From Chiloscyllium plagiosum (taxonomy: Eukaryota), in assembly GCF_004010195.1 (NCBI RefSeq), contig NC_057759.1, positions 4,400,665 through 4,464,664 on the forward strand: 64,000 bases of DNA. The letters run 5' to 3'. This document shows, piece by piece, positions 11,330-24,869 of this stretch (its first letter is position 1; each line of letters opens with the position of its first letter). The notes under the pieces were generated by a model. The model saw nothing but the letters and a program-made list of their open reading frames with translations, did no database searches and had not been told where the DNA came from. The position numbers and the translations under genes are program-made.

Positions 11330-14300
11330 TCGCTGTTATTTGCTGAATTTGGATCTGTTTGCAGCCTTCATGTCTTTCACTATATTTCTTCCCAAATTGT
11401 AGACCTTTTCTTTGCACCAAAAACTGTCTTGAATACCTGTTTCAAGTTTCACAAAATCCTTTATGTAGGAGAGAGACAAGAATTGCACATAATATTCCAA
11501 AAGTGGCATAACCAATGTTCTGTACACCCACAACATGTTCTCCTAAGTCACATATTCAATGCTCTGACCAGTAAAGGAAAACCTATCAAATGCCTTCTTT
11601 GCTATCCTATCTAACCATAACTCAATTTTCAAGGAACAGTGAACCTGCATTACAAGGTCTCTTTGTTCAGCAATACTTCAAAGGACCTTAATATTAAGTG
11701 TGGAAGTCCTGCCCTGATTTGCCTTTCCAAATTGCAGCACCTCATATTGATTCAAATTGAACTCAATATGCCACTCCTGGGTCTAATGGCCCATCTGATC
11801 GAGAACCTGCTATATTCTGAGGTAGCCTTCTTTGCTGTCCACTACACCTCCAATTTTTGTGTAATCTGCAAACTGAGGAACAATACTTGCAACCTTACAT
11901 CCAAACCACTCATAATAATGTGGAGGTGCAGGTGTTGGACTGGGATGTGCATAGTGAAAAATGACAGAACAGCAAGATATACTCCAACAGATTTATTTGG
12001 AAGTATAAGCTTTCTGAATATAGACACCTGATGGAGGAACAGCACTCCGAAAGCTTGTACTTCCAAATAAACCCGTTGGACTATAACCTGGTCTTGTGTC
12101 ATTTTTTAATCTAAAATCATTTCTATAAATGATGAAAAGCAGTGGACCCAGCAGTGATCCTTGTAGCACATCACTTGTCACAGGCCTCCAGTCTGAAAAG
12201 CATCCTTCCACCACCACCTTCTACCTTCTAACAAATTCTGTATACAGATGGCTAGTTTTCCTTGTATTCCATGTGATCTAATCTTGCTAACCAAATTCCC
12301 ATGGGGAACCTTGTCAAACACCTTACTGAAGGCCATACAGATCACATCCACCACTTTGTCCTCATCAGTCCTCTTCCTTACCAATTCAAAAAAACTCAGT
12401 CGAGTTAGTGATACATGATTTCTCATGCAGAAAGCCATGTTGACTACCCCTAATCAATCCTGGCCTTTCAAGATGATGTAAATCCTGTCTCTCAGAATCC
12501 CCTCAACCGTTTGCCTACTGCCAATGTTATGCTCACTGTTTAATACTTCCCTGGCTTTTCCTTACCACCTTTCTTAAATAGTGGTACCATGTTAGCCAGC
12601 CTCCAGGCTTTTTGCACTTCACCTGTGATTATCGATGAAACAAATATCTCAGCAAGGGGCATAAAAATCACATCCCTAGCCTTGACACCATGTTCCAGGG
12701 TACACCTGATCACTATGCTTGTGCTTTATCCATCTTTTCTGTTTAAAAACATCCAGCAGCACCTGCTCTGTATTATGGACATTTTTCAAGATGTCACCAT
12801 CTGTTCCCCACATTCTATATCTTCCATTTCCTTCTTCTCAGCAAGCACTTGTGTAGTATCTCCCACATTTCTTGTTGTTCCACACAGAGTCTGCCTTGTT
12901 AATCTTTGCTGGGCCCTACTCTTTCTCTGGTTACCCTTTTGACCTTTATGTATTTATAAAATCTATTTGAATTCTCCTTAATGCTATTTGCCAAAGCTAT
13001 GTTATGTCCCTTGTTTGCGCTCCCGATTTCCTTCTTATGTATATCCCTACTGTATTTCTACTCTTTGGAGGATTCACTCAACCTCTGCTGTATTTAACTA
13101 ACATATGCTTCCTTCTTATTTGGACCAAAAGCTCAACTTCTTTTCTCATGCAGCACTTCCTACACCTACCAGCCTTTCACCCTTACAGGAACATACTGTC
13201 TCTGGGCCCTCGTTTTCTCAGTTTTGAAGGCTTCCCATTTTTCAGCCATCTCTTTGCGTGTGAACATCTGCCCTCAGTCAACTTTTGAACGTTCTTGCAT
13301 AATACTATCAAAATTGGCCTTCCTCCAAATTCGAAATTTAACTTTTCGATCTGGTCCATCCTTTTCCATCACAGTTTTAAAACTAATAAAAATTATGGTC
13401 GCTGGCCCCAAAGTGCTTCCCCACTGTCACATCATTATATCCCAAGAGTAGGTCAAGTTTTGTACCTTGTCTAGAAGGTACAGTCACATACTGAATCGGA
13501 AAATTTTCTTGCACACACTTAAGATATTGCTCTCTGTCTAAGCCATTAACAATATGGCAGCCCTAATCTATGTTAAAATCCCTCACCATAACCATACCAT
13601 TATTCCTGCAGATCTAAGATCTGCTGACAAATTTGTTTCTCAATTTCCTGCTGACTGTTGGGGCATCTACAGTCCAATTTCAATAAAGTAATCAAACACT
13701 TTCTTATTTTTCAGTTCCACCCAAATTATTTCCATGGATATAAGCCCAGGAATATCACTCCCCATTTTCTCTTGCTGACCCCTCCCCCCATCCTTCCTAT
13801 AACAATTGATTCCTGGAACATTAAGCTGCCAGTTGTGTCATCCCCAAACCATGTCTCTGTAATTGCTATGATATCTGAATTCCAATCCCATTTTCTTAAC
13901 CATGTCCTGAGTTCATCCTCCTTCCCTGTTAGGCCTCTTGCATTGAAATAAATGCAGTTTAAGTTATCAATCCAACCTCATTCTCTGCTATGTTCCTGTC
14001 TGCCCTGGGAATTTGACTTACTGACTACCAGCTTCAGATTGATATCTTTGTTCACTATCTCCCTGGTTTCCACTGACTTCCCTCCACCCCCAGTTTAACC
14101 CCTCCCCAGCTGCTCAAGGAAATGTCCCTACCAGTATATTAGATCCCTTCCAATTCAGGTGCAATGCTTCTTTTTTATACCAGTCATTTCTTCCCCAGAA
14201 GAGATTCCAATGATCCAAAAACTGGAACACCTCTCCCCTGCACCAGTTCCTGAGTTGGGCATTCCTCTGCTCTATCATCCTATTCCTTCACTCAATCACT

Positions 14301-14520
14301 TGAGGCAGCGGGGGTAAGCTAGATATTACAAGTGGAGTGGACCTCCTTTCTAAATTCTTGCCCCTCTTCCTTATTCTTCCTTCGGAATTTAATCCCTTCC
14401 ATTCCTATGTAGTTAGTTCCAATGTGCACTCCCCTTTGTGAATATCCTGCACTCTCTCTGAGATACTCTTGATCCTGACACCAGGAAGGCAACACACCAT
14501 TCTGATTTCTCGCTGTCGGC
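11330..14520 (-). mobile_element. Old CR1 LINE: ORF1 esterase remnant through endonuclease and RT, heavily decayed
   Basis: VHIGTNYIG (~14400); [56 protein letters not shown]. Confidence 0.85.
11915..12110. mobile_element. Foldback PLE-end insertion (family 2) with decayed hammerhead motif
   Basis: Inverted arms ~11957-12019 and ~12048-12106; core CTGATGG A GGA..TCC GAAAGCTT at ~12028-12056. Confidence 0.7.
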
Positions 14521-15764
14521 TGCTGACGAAGAGATTCGAGTTTTGTAATTTGTAAAAGGAGGACCTTCCAAATCGCAACTACTTCCATTCAAAAGGATGA
14601 AGACAGCTGATGTCAGGGAACACCGTCTTGATATCAGACAAGTTCCCCTCCAAGGCACTCATCATGCTGACACTGGATCAAGACCCTGGAACTCCGTGTT
14701 CATGGCATTGTGGGCAGCACATGGACAACAGCTGTTCCAGAAGGTGGCTCACCACCGCTTTCTCAAAGGGATGGAGAATAAATGGTAGGCTCAGCCAGCG
14801 ACACCCATGTCCCAGGAGTGAATAAACAAAAACAGCTGGGGTCTCTCGTTGTGGCATACAATACATCACAAGGTTTCTGTCTGCAGCATACATGACAGTA
14901 AAATCTGTCATCCATGACAAACTAAATCGAGTCCCAGAGATGTTACTGCACACCTGGTCTGACTTTTGCACGGGCCTCCTGACCCAGAAATAAGCTCTGA
15001 CACTGTGATGCAAAACTCTCTCCATCAGTTATCTTCTGCCTTCGTAAGAATGTTCCACTTATTCCATCTCTCTGTACGATACTTTGGCAAAGAGTTAATA
15101 TTTGTGGATGAGGGTCAACAGGATTAAATACCACAGTTAACATTCGATCTGACCTTACGTTATCGAATAGGGGAGTACAGGCGATGGGCCGATGACCGTC
15201 GGGGGGAGCGAGGCCTTTCTCGGGCTGTGTGTGGGCCTGCTGAGGGAGACAGAGCGGGAAGAAGCTGCTGTGGGACATTTTTGTGGTTTATAATCCCCTA
15301 AACACTGATGGAAATTCATTGTTTGGTTTCTGTTTCACGCTGTTTGTTGCGAATAGACATTGAAATAAAAGGACAGTAGAAACAAATGTAATAATCCTGT
15401 GAAGGGTAAATATAGCAGGCACCGGATAAATGTCTCCAAGTGTGTGAAATCGTGCCCAGTATTTGTTTTTCAACAGTTAATGTATTGGGAGCTGGACATT
15501 GAACTGTGTCATCATTCCATTTGTGGAGTTGTGTATATGTTGGTTAGTTTATTTTATCTAAGTGAAATGTTTTAGAATTTGGGAAACAGAAAGACTAGTA
15601 GGAGGTCAGGACTCGAGTGGAACCCTGATCAGCTCTTTTTATCTTGCCCTGTTCAAAAACAAAGAATTATAATGATCATAACCTGAATATTGCATTGATC
15701 ATTTGATGTCTTCCTAGTGAGCTGCTAGTGATTTACAGGAGCTCTCTCTTTTGTCTTTCTCCAG

Positions 15765-15819
15765 GCAAATATTTGATGGACCAATCCAAGGGTGACCAGC
15801 TGCTTCTCACACCCAGCAG
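15765..15819 (+). other. Exon-like segment copy B (55 nt)
   Basis: ttttgtctttctccAG|GCAAATATTTG...CCCAGCAG|GTATGT; 27 nt shorter than copies C and D, an in-frame difference. Confidence 0.55.
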
Positions 15820-17314
15820 GTATGTTACCACTGTCAGAGAGGAGAAGGTCCTTTCCACTGTCTGAGTGGATTGAGTCAGACACACATTGAGCTCAATTTC
15901 CAGAAGTACACATTCAATCCAAGAGTTAAACACAACTGACGATATATAAATCTACATTATTTCACCCAGTTCTCAATGCTTACCACCTCAGTGACAGTAA
16001 ATTCCATTATTCAAAGGCAATTATCATTCATAAGATTAGAAGCAGGTTAGACTGTATGCTTATAATAAATATACATTTGAGCTGCATTAAATTCATATGT
16101 AGATTTGGCATTTTTAAAGTTACAATCAATTGGAACAAACCGATCATGGCGTTACATGGTTATCACAAATATATATATGAAGTATATATTTGAGTGCAGA
16201 TATAGAAGCAATGTTGGGCATTTATGAGTAACTGAGCAGGACAAAATTATTCTTTAGATAAACAGTTGTCCTGTACGAAGACAATAATCAAACAATGTAA
16301 ATTTCAAACGAACCTCTTGGTCAAGCCTTATCTACTGAGAATGCTTCTAGAGAGGATGCTTAAAGCCCATTCACACACGTGCATACACATCTGTGTCTGT
16401 CTCTGTCTCTCTCAGTCTAGTGTTGATGAAAACACATTTTATGCACGCTCCCATTCTGGTTGAGGGCCTCAGTAATGCAGAAGCATTTCCATACTTTTTT
16501 AATGTATGAAACACTGCCTTAAAACCTTAAAACCACCTCATAAAGTGTATCAGAACTGGAATTACACAGAGACATATAGACAATGTTGGTGTGATCTCGA
16601 CCAGTACCACTCTTTAAAGTGATACAGATTGGCAGCACAACAGAAAACTCACTTTCACTCAGCCAGTTAATGGTAAAAGGGAAAAAAATGCAATTTAGGC
16701 CCACAAGTACTTCCAGATATGGGCAGTCATAAATTGACAGACCACATTATTAACCACTTCAGAAGATGTTAGTATTAGATGTTACATTATTGCAGTGCCC
16801 AGCAGCAACTGCCTAAGACTACTGCACACACAAAATGTCAAAAGAAAACTGAGATTAAATACAATAAAATTCAGAGTCTTGGCAAAGATAAGTATTGAAA
16901 CAACATGAATCCCTCAGGTTTATCAAATATTGAACAGGTTTACCCTACTGAAAAAAAAATAACTGAACGTAGAAAGAGAATGGCATCCATATACTCGATT
17001 TGTCACTGTTGCACACAGAGCAAAAGTGGCACTATAGGTATTCAAAGGCCGATAACTGCAGAACTAATCTCAAATTGGCATTTACACCGAGACACTGGCA
17101 GTGAGTGATTGAAGATTAGAATCCCAACAATTTGTGGAAACTCGTATGGAGAACAGATAAAGAATAATATGTTCCAGTGCAGACAGAACAGGCTAAATGT
17201 TTGTACCAATTCTGTGATTGAGTCATAAATCACAAAATGTATAAGAGATTAAGGCCCAATTTCAACACCCTGAACACGATTATCACAGATTGAATCACAG
17301 TCACAGAATTCTTT

Positions 17315-17530
17315 TCTAATTCATTCATGGGACGGGGGCATCAGTGACTCGACCAGCCTTTATTGCCCATCCCTAACTACCCATGCAGCTACATTGATGT
17401 GGGTCTGGAGTCACATGCAGGCCAGACAAGGGAAGGATGGCAGTTTCCTTCGTTCAAGGGCATTACTGAACCAGATGAGTTTTTCTGGCAATCAACAATA
17501 GATTCATGGACATCATTGTACTCTTAGAAT
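17315..17530 (-). mobile_element. SacSINE1/DeuSINE-like SINE fragment
   Basis: attcattcatgggac...ttattgcccatcccta...ggtctggagtcacatgcaggccagac...gaaccagatg; its 3' end resembles the LINE tail at ~61680-61745. Confidence 0.6.
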
Positions 17531-18179
17531 ATTATTGGCTGCCAGAGAATTGAGCAACTTTGATATATAAGAGTTGAAAGTGACTGGAACTCATTGAGAA
17601 CTTCACTCTCACGGTCACATAGCAGAAACTGGCATGTATAGACCAATTCCTAAATTCACCCATGGACACAGCAGAAATTGACATGTTTATATCAAGTCCC
17701 AAACTCTTGTATGGACACAACCGAAACTGACAGGCATCAATTGATATCTGCTCTCATATATTCACATTGCAGCAACCGAAAGGGAGAGAAAAATAATCAT
17801 GCACACACACATATGACAGGTACAGGCTGATAACTAGACTAACACATTCACATAGCAAAACCTGACAGGTACAGTATGATAAATGAATTTGCACGTTTAT
17901 AAACAAGAAGCTGATAGATACAGATTAATAACTGCACTCTCAGATACACAGAGCAGAATCTGACAGGGACAGGTTGGTAAATAACTCTCACATGCAGTTG
18001 GCAGTACATTTCGGAGAAAGATTGATAACTACACACTCGTATTCATAAAGCAGAAACTGACAGGAATAGATTGATTATGCTCCCAATTTCAAACCACATA
18101 AATTGACGTGTACACTTTCATAACGACACTCACATAATCACAGAGAAGAAACTGACAGGCAGAGAGTGATAACAAAACA

Positions 18180-18530
18180 AAAATTAGTGGAAGGTCCGGC
18201 AGCATTTCAGGTCTAGTGACCGGTCCTCCGAACCGATGGTGGCAAGGAAAATGCACACAATGTGGTCTCCTCTATGTTGGGGAAACTAGTGTAGATTGGG
18301 TGTCCACTGTGCAGGACACCTACATTCTGTCCAGACAAAAAGACCCTGAGCTTCGAGTTGCCTGCCATTTCAACACACCAACCTGTTCCCTGGCCAAGAT
18401 CTCTGTCTCAGGCTTGCTGCAGTGCTCCAGGTGCTGGAAGAACAACACCTCATTTTCTGCTTGGGATCTCGACAGCCTTCTGGACTCAATATTGAGTTCA
18501 ACAACTACAGGGCTTGAAGATTAGAATGTC
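18180..18530 (+). mobile_element. Decayed PLE GIY-YIG fragment
   Basis: KCTQCGLLYVGET...VACHFN. Confidence 0.7.
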
Positions 18531-18649
18531 ATTGCCCAAACTGATATTCTAATGCCCAAAACCGCACATGTCCGGCCTTGTTAACATATAGTCTCTATTA
18601 TACACTAACAGGCCCTTTTAATAGGCTATTCACCCACTTAGTCTGACAG

Positions 18650-18932
18650 TTAGATTAGATTAGATTACTAACAGGCCCTTCGGCCCAACAAGTCCACACC
18701 GACTCTCCGAAGAGCGACCCACCCAGACCCATTCACCTACATTTACCCTTTCACCTAACACTACGGACAATTTAGCATGGTCAATTCACCTAACTTGCAC
18801 ATCTTTGGAATGTGGGAAGAAACCCGGAGGAAACCCACGCAGACACAGGGAGAATGTGCAAACTCCACACAGACAATTGCCCGAGGTGGGAATTGAACCT
18901 GGGTCCCTGACCACTGTGCCACCGTGTCGCCC
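18650..18932 (-). mobile_element. HE1/V-SINE-like SINE
   Basis: Reverse strand gggcgacacggtggcacagtgg...ggttcaattcc...gtttgcacattctccc...; (tctaa)n tail. Confidence 0.88.
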
Positions 18933-19119
18933 CACCTCTTCTGTCTGTCTGACTGTTCTTCTCTTTCTTTGGACTCTATCTCCATCTATCTTCTGTATAA
19001 AAACTAATATTTTCCTACCAACCACCAGAAAATACAGAAGTTTGAATACACCACCCAACAAAGTCAAGAACAGCCTCTCTGCTGTCATCAGACTTTTGAA
19101 TGGGCTGCTCAAATTTTAA

Positions 19120-19313
19120 GGTGAAAGTGGGTACTGCAGATGCTGAAGATTAGAGTGGTGCTGGAAAAGCACAGCAGGTCAGGCAGTATCCGAGGAGCAG
19201 GAAAATCGACGTTTCGGACATTCCTGATGAAAGGCTTTTGCCCGAAAAGTCGATTTTCCTGCTCCTCGGATGCTGCCTGACCTGCTGTGCTTTACCAACA
19301 CGACTCTAATCTC
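19120..19313. mobile_element. Foldback PLE-end insertion (family 1) with 13-bp TSD
   Basis: GCTCAAATTTTAA at 19107-19119 and 19314-19326; inverted arms either side of a decayed hammerhead core at 19220-19255. Confidence 0.85.
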
Positions 19314-19749
19314 GCTCAAATTTTAACATTAATCTCTCTCTCTTTGCAGCTTTAAAACCGTATTGCGGATTCTGTTCTATTACCCTGATGCATTTTGTAT
19401 GATATTTTGTGTAAATCACACAAAACAATGCTTTCCATTGTTTCTCAGTGCATGTGACAATAATTAATCAGATCAAATCAAATAGATAACTACACTCACG
19501 TATTCATATAGCAGAATCTGAGAGGTACAGGTTGATAACTACAGTCACACAAACTGACAGGAAAAGATTAATAAATACACTCAAACACTGACATTAGAGC
19601 CTGACACATTCACAAAGCAGAAACTGATAGCGACAGGTGAAAACTCAGCTACACATTTACACAGTAGAAACTGAAGGATTGAGAATTACACAAACATATT
19701 CACCAAGCAGAAACTGACAGCTACAGATTGACAACCATATTTATGTATT

Positions 19750-21241
19750 AGAACATAGAACAATACAGCGCAGTACAGGCCCTTCGGCCCTCGATGTTGC
19801 GCCGATCCAAGCCCACCTAACCTCCACTAGCCCACTATCCTCCATATGCCTATCCAATGCCCACTTAAATGCCCATAATGAGGGAGAGTCCACCACTGCT
19901 ACTGGCAGGGCATTCCATGAACTCACGACTCGCTGAGTAAAGAACCTACCCCTAACATCTGTCCTATACCTACCCCCCCTTAATTTAAAGCTATGCCCCC
20001 TCGTAATAGCTGACTCCATACGTGGAAAAAAATTCTCACTGTCGACCCNNNNNNNNNNNNNNNNNNNNNNNNNNNNNNNNNNNNNNNNNNNNNNNNNNNN
20101 NNNNNNNNNNNNNNNNNNNNNNNNNNNNNNNNNNNNNNNNNNNNNNNNNNNNNNNNNNNNNNNNNNNNNNNNNNNNNNNNNNNNNNNNNNNNNNNNNNNN
20201 NNNNNNNNNNNNNNNNNNNNNNNNNNNNNNNNNNNNNNNNNNNNNNNNNNNNNNNNNNNNNNNNNNNNNNNNNNNNNNNNNNNNNNNNNNNNNNNNNNNN
20301 NNNNNNNNNNNNNNNNNNNNNNNNNNNNNNNNNNNNNNNNNNNNNNNNNNNNNNNNNNNNNNNNNNNNNNNNNNNNNNNNNNNNNNNNNNNNNNNNNNNN
20401 NNNNNNNNNNNNNNNNNNNNNNNNNNNNNNNNNNNNNNNNNNNNNNNNNNNNNNNNNNNNNNNNNNNNNNNNNNNNNNNNNNNNNNNNNNNNNNNNNNNN
20501 NNNNNNNNNNNNNNNNNNNNNNNNNNNNNNNNNNNNNNNNNNNNNNNNNNNNNNNNNNNNNNNNNNNNNNNNNNNNNNNNNNNNNNNNNNNNNNNNNNNN
20601 NNNNNNNNNNNNNNNNNNNNNNNNNNNNNNNNNNNNNNNNNNNNNNNNNNNNNNNNNNNNNNNNNNNNNNNNNNNNNNNNNNNNNNNNNNNNNNNNNNNN
20701 NNNNNNNNNNNNNNNNNNNNNNNNNNNNNNNNNNNNNNNNNNNNNNNNNNNNNNNNNNNNNNNNNNNNNNNNNNNNNNNNNNNNNNNNNNNNNNNNNNNN
20801 NNNNNNNNNNNNNNNNNNNNNNNNNNNNNNNNNNNNNNNNNNNNNNNNNNNNNNNNNNNNNNNNNNNNNNNNNNNNNNNNNNNNNNNNNNNNNNNNNNNN
20901 NNNNNNNNNNNNNNNNNNNNNNNNNNNNNNNNNNNNNNNNNNNNNNNNNNNNNNNNNNNNNNNNNNNNNNNNNNNNNNNNNNNGCAAACTTGCTCAGCCA
21001 ACCTTCTAACTGCTCCTCCAGGTCATTTATAAAAATGACAAACAGCAATGGTCCCAAAACAGATCCTTGCGGAACACCGCTAGTGATGGCACTCCAAGAT
21101 GAACCTTTGCCATCAACTACTACCCTCTGTCTTCTTCCAGCCAGCCAACTCCTAATCCAAACCTCCAACTCACCCTCAATGCCATACCTCCGTATTTTTT
21201 GCAATAGCCTACCATGGGGAACCTTATCAAACACCTTACTA
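19750..21241 (-). mobile_element. Young 5'-truncated CR1 LINE spanning an assembly gap
   Basis: [13 protein letters not shown]...[21 protein letters not shown]; 3' end TRGHSFKLRGGRYRTDVRGRFFTQRVV; ATGTATT at both ends (19743-19749, 21242-21248). Confidence 0.9.
20049..20983. other. Assembly gap
   Basis: Run of N. Confidence 1.
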
Positions 21242-21600
21242 ATGTATTTATCAACCAGTCCCCAGCAGTTTCCTCTATGTGGATACTCAAATTCAGTTAC
21301 CAATCTGCACCTGTCGGTTTATGCTCTGTGAATGTATGAGTGTAGTTATCAGTCTGTCTCTATTTGTCTCTGTGATGAGAAAATGTAAATATATTTACCA
21401 CAGAGTGACAGGGACAGATTGATAGATGCATTCACTCGCATATTTGTACAGATTATGCAGATTGATAATTACAGTTTGATAATTATACTCCGATATTCAC
21501 AGAGCAGCATTTGACAGGTTCATCTTGATAATTGTCTTCACACAGCCACTGAGCAGGAACTGACAGGTATGGATAGATAAGGAAACTTTCATATCCAGAC
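21242..21600. repeat. ~48 bp minisatellite with an orientation switch at 21385-21398
   Basis: Forward units up to ~21385, reverse units after the palindrome GTAAATATATTTAC. Confidence 0.75.
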
Positions 21601-21833
21601 ACGCATTTGCATCAGATTATCCCATTTGTAGAGGTGTTGGTTAGTATCTGTTTCTCAGTGAATTGGTACAGATTTTTTTGATACCGTCACCAAAGAGCAG
21701 CTAAGGCTAAGAAGAGAATCAGCCTGTGGTCCTGTTGGAATTGCTGTCTTGAAGGAAGAACAGCCTAATGATTATTAAATTATTACATTGACAATGTTGA
21801 TTTACAGACGATGTCTCTTCTGTCTTCCTCCAG

Positions 21834-21915
21834 ATAATTACTTAAAGGACCAAGACAGCGTAATATGTCCTCGGTACAAAGCCAAGTGTGATCAGTTCCT
21901 TCTAACAAACAGCAG
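21834..21915 (+). other. Exon-like segment copy C (82 nt)
   Basis: tctcttctgtcttcctccAG|ATAATTAC...AACAGCAG|GTATGT; open frame DNYLKDQDSVICPRYKAKCDQFLLTNS. Confidence 0.6.
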
Positions 21916-22114
21916 GTATGTTACTGCAGTCAGACTGAAGAACATCCTTTCCACAGTTACAGAGCAGGTTGACTTAGACACACATTGACTCAATTTCCAG
22001 AGAGAAATTTTCAAATCAAGAATCAACTACCTCGGAGGAATTACATTTTTTTCTCTCTCTCTCCATTCCTCACGTATCATCACCCCACTTGCCAATAATT
22101 ATTATAATTCACAG

Positions 22115-22490
22115 CCATAGAGTTATAGTGTTGTAGACCATTTGGTCTGACCCATTTATGCCAACTAGCTATTCAAAACTAATTACATCCCATTAGCCAA
22201 CACTAGTGCCGTTTGCCAGCTCTTGGCCCATATCCCTCTCAACCGTTCCTATTCATAACGCATCCACATGCCCTTTAAATGTTGGAATTGTTCCAGCCTC
22301 CACCACTTCCTCTGGCAACTCATTCCACACACACACCACCTTCTGCATGAAAAGGTTGCCCCTTAGGTCTTTTCTATATCTTTCCCCTCTCACCTGAAAC
22401 CTATGCCCTCTAGTTCTGGACTTCCCCACCTCAGGGAAAATACCTTGTCTATTTAGCCTATCCATGACCTTCCTGATTTTATGAAGGTCA
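22115..22490 (-). mobile_element. CR1 LINE 3' fragment
   Basis: SRTRGHRFQVRGERYRKDLRGNLFMQKVVCVWNELPEEVVEAGT. Confidence 0.85.
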
Positions 22491-23735
22491 GAATTTTATA
22501 AAGGTTATAAAATTCTATAAGGTCACACCCCAGTGCAGTAATGGGTCAGTTGCTGCAGGATACAGTAAGGAATGTTCCCCAAAACTCTGCGTTTTATTTT
22601 CTGCTCGATTCATATCCAGTCTTTTATCCCCTGCCTCTGGAGAGACAGAGCAGATTGAACACGATTCAGACATTTTTTTCAGCTGTAAAGGCGGGACTGG
22701 GGTAAAGTGAGATTGCCTGATCTTTAATTTCGTAATCGAAAAAAACAATCAACTTGTACGTGCTCATGCATTCTCCTCTGTATAACCTCCTGCTCTTTCA
22801 TACGTGATGGCGGGCATTTTCAAATTTGAAATTCAGCCGTTGATCTCTTGGCGCCATTCTTTCCCTTTCTCTCCTGCCTCCACCTCACCACAAGCCATGT
22901 TAACGCAAAGGGAGTCAATGAGGAGATGGGGTTTTTCCACAAATATCTAACCCAATACCACAATTTGATGTTAATATCAAACTTCTTATTACTATATTTT
23001 CATACATTCCGCAATCCCTGAATGAATATCTCATTAGTTGCAAAATTCACTGCCGCTGCCTGCCGTTTTTGTTTTTAACTAACTTCCGATCGCAATGCTA
23101 ATGTCCCCCATTGCTTCCTGCTCTCTGGATGAGCAAGCGAATTTGTGCCCGCTGATTGAAACATCTTAAATGGTAACACAATGTACACCTATAAAATTAC
23201 ACAACCACACATTCCTATCTCATTCAGATTATTACTTGCCTGGGCAGATGGAAAGAACACGCTATTAAGACATCCGTAGGCTCCCAGAAACAAAACTCAG
23301 CCAAATATTATGCCTCGGAAATATAAATAGTACAATATGTAACATTAATGTCTGGATTCCGAAATAAATAAAAGCAAATTCATAAAAACAAAGCACATTG
23401 ATATTATTACTGAGATAGACAGGTATTCACGAGAAAGAGGAACGAAGGTTACGGGGAGCAGGCGCAAGAATAAATTTGAGAAATATCAGCCAGGATCGAA
23501 TGGTAGAACAAACTGGATGGGTAAAATGGCGTGATGCTGCTGCGATATCTTACAATTACAAGTCACGATGCGAAAGAGTCCACCCACACGCAGAACACGG
23601 TATTAAAACATTTTCCGGATTGAAATAATTTTATAATCGCGATATATGTAAAATCACCGCCAACAGTACGCTATCCCCTCCTTATGTGCTGTTTTCCCGT
23701 CTTCAGATCTCCGCTCTCTATCGGAGGATTTGGGT

Positions 23736-23751
23736 GGCTCTGAAAAGAGCC
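23736..23751 (-). terminator. Histone 3' stem-loop of H4
   Basis: Minus strand CCCAAA-GGCTCTTTTCAGAGCC-ACCCA, canonical; GATAGAGAGCGG downstream is a candidate HDE. Confidence 0.97.
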
Positions 23752-23783
23752 TTTGGGTTCGCTGGAAAAGGGTCGCGTTTTCC

Positions 23784-24104
<321 letters not shown>

Positions 24105-24150
24105 TCACTCCAATCGCTGCCGAATGAGAGCCGAGCTGTCTCCGCTTCCT

Positions 24151-24180
24151 TTTTTTATGCAGCCAGGCCCGACCTGACTG
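24151..24180 (-). promoter_or_regulatory. H4 proximal promoter (TATA-like element and site II-like motif)
   Basis: Minus strand TCAGGTCGGG, similar to the H4 GGTCCG element, just upstream of CATAAAAAA. Confidence 0.5.
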
Positions 24181-24287
24181 AGAAAGAGCTGACAGAGAGT
24201 GAGAGACTTACCACTCGCTGCCCTTGAGTCCAACAACCCAATCCCAAATCAGAACTACAGAATAAGTTCTGCAAACAGCCCCCAATC

Positions 24288-24860
24288 TGTTATGGAAAAG
24301 GCCAGACCCCCTCCAAACATTTCAAGAAAGTAACCCAGACCCTAACTTTGCTAGTTATTTTAAGCGAGTGTAACAAAGATATTCCAGGAGGGATGCAGCT
24401 GGTCAAACTAATAGTTTTAAAGAAAACAGTTTGATTTACAAATTTACCGAATGATACACAAACAAGAGAGAACATAATGCTAAAAAACTTAAAAATCTGA
24501 AAACCCAACAGATTATACCAACTTAATGATGGTGTTCCCAACATTTACAACAATCCCCATAAAGACCGCTTGGCACAAAAGGTAAAATCAAACACAGGGT
24601 CTGACAGGAGAGATATCAGAGACTGACTGCTTTCAGCCAATAGTCAGACAGGCAAAAACTAAATCAAACCAGAGAAAAGGTGAGCTGGGAAAACTGGGGC
24701 ACTCCCCTTTCATTGTATAAGTGTTCTTTGTAAACATGTGAAAGCCTTTTTCCTGAGGCATTATCTGTTAGCTATAATCAAAATGTCCCTAAAACCATCA
24801 AGTCAGCCTTTTCGGATCCTGTGTCTTTTACAAGTTTGTTAAAGGAGTAGCAGCATCACA
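24288..24860. mobile_element. Probable solo LTR immediately upstream of H4
   Basis: ~570 bp non-coding block starting TGTTATG and ending CATCACA (imperfect terminal inverted repeat). No TSD seen. Confidence 0.45.
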
Positions 24861-24869
24861 GCAGACTGG

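Larger units (their letters stand above)
17590..19740 (-). repeat. ~48 bp minisatellite in reverse orientation (17590-18175 and 19480-19740), split by nested retroelement insertions
   Basis: Units such as cagaaactgacaggtacagattgataactacac, the reverse complement of the 2640-5540 unit. Confidence 0.8.

Noticed and set aside
14530..15205. Unique-looking sequence with several short ORFs
   Set aside because: I could not find a recognisable protein, RNA or splice pattern; left unassigned.
19741..21303. Long ORFs of 180-520 aa here and at 48113-49080 and 56610-57152
   Set aside because: Artefacts of reading through N gaps.
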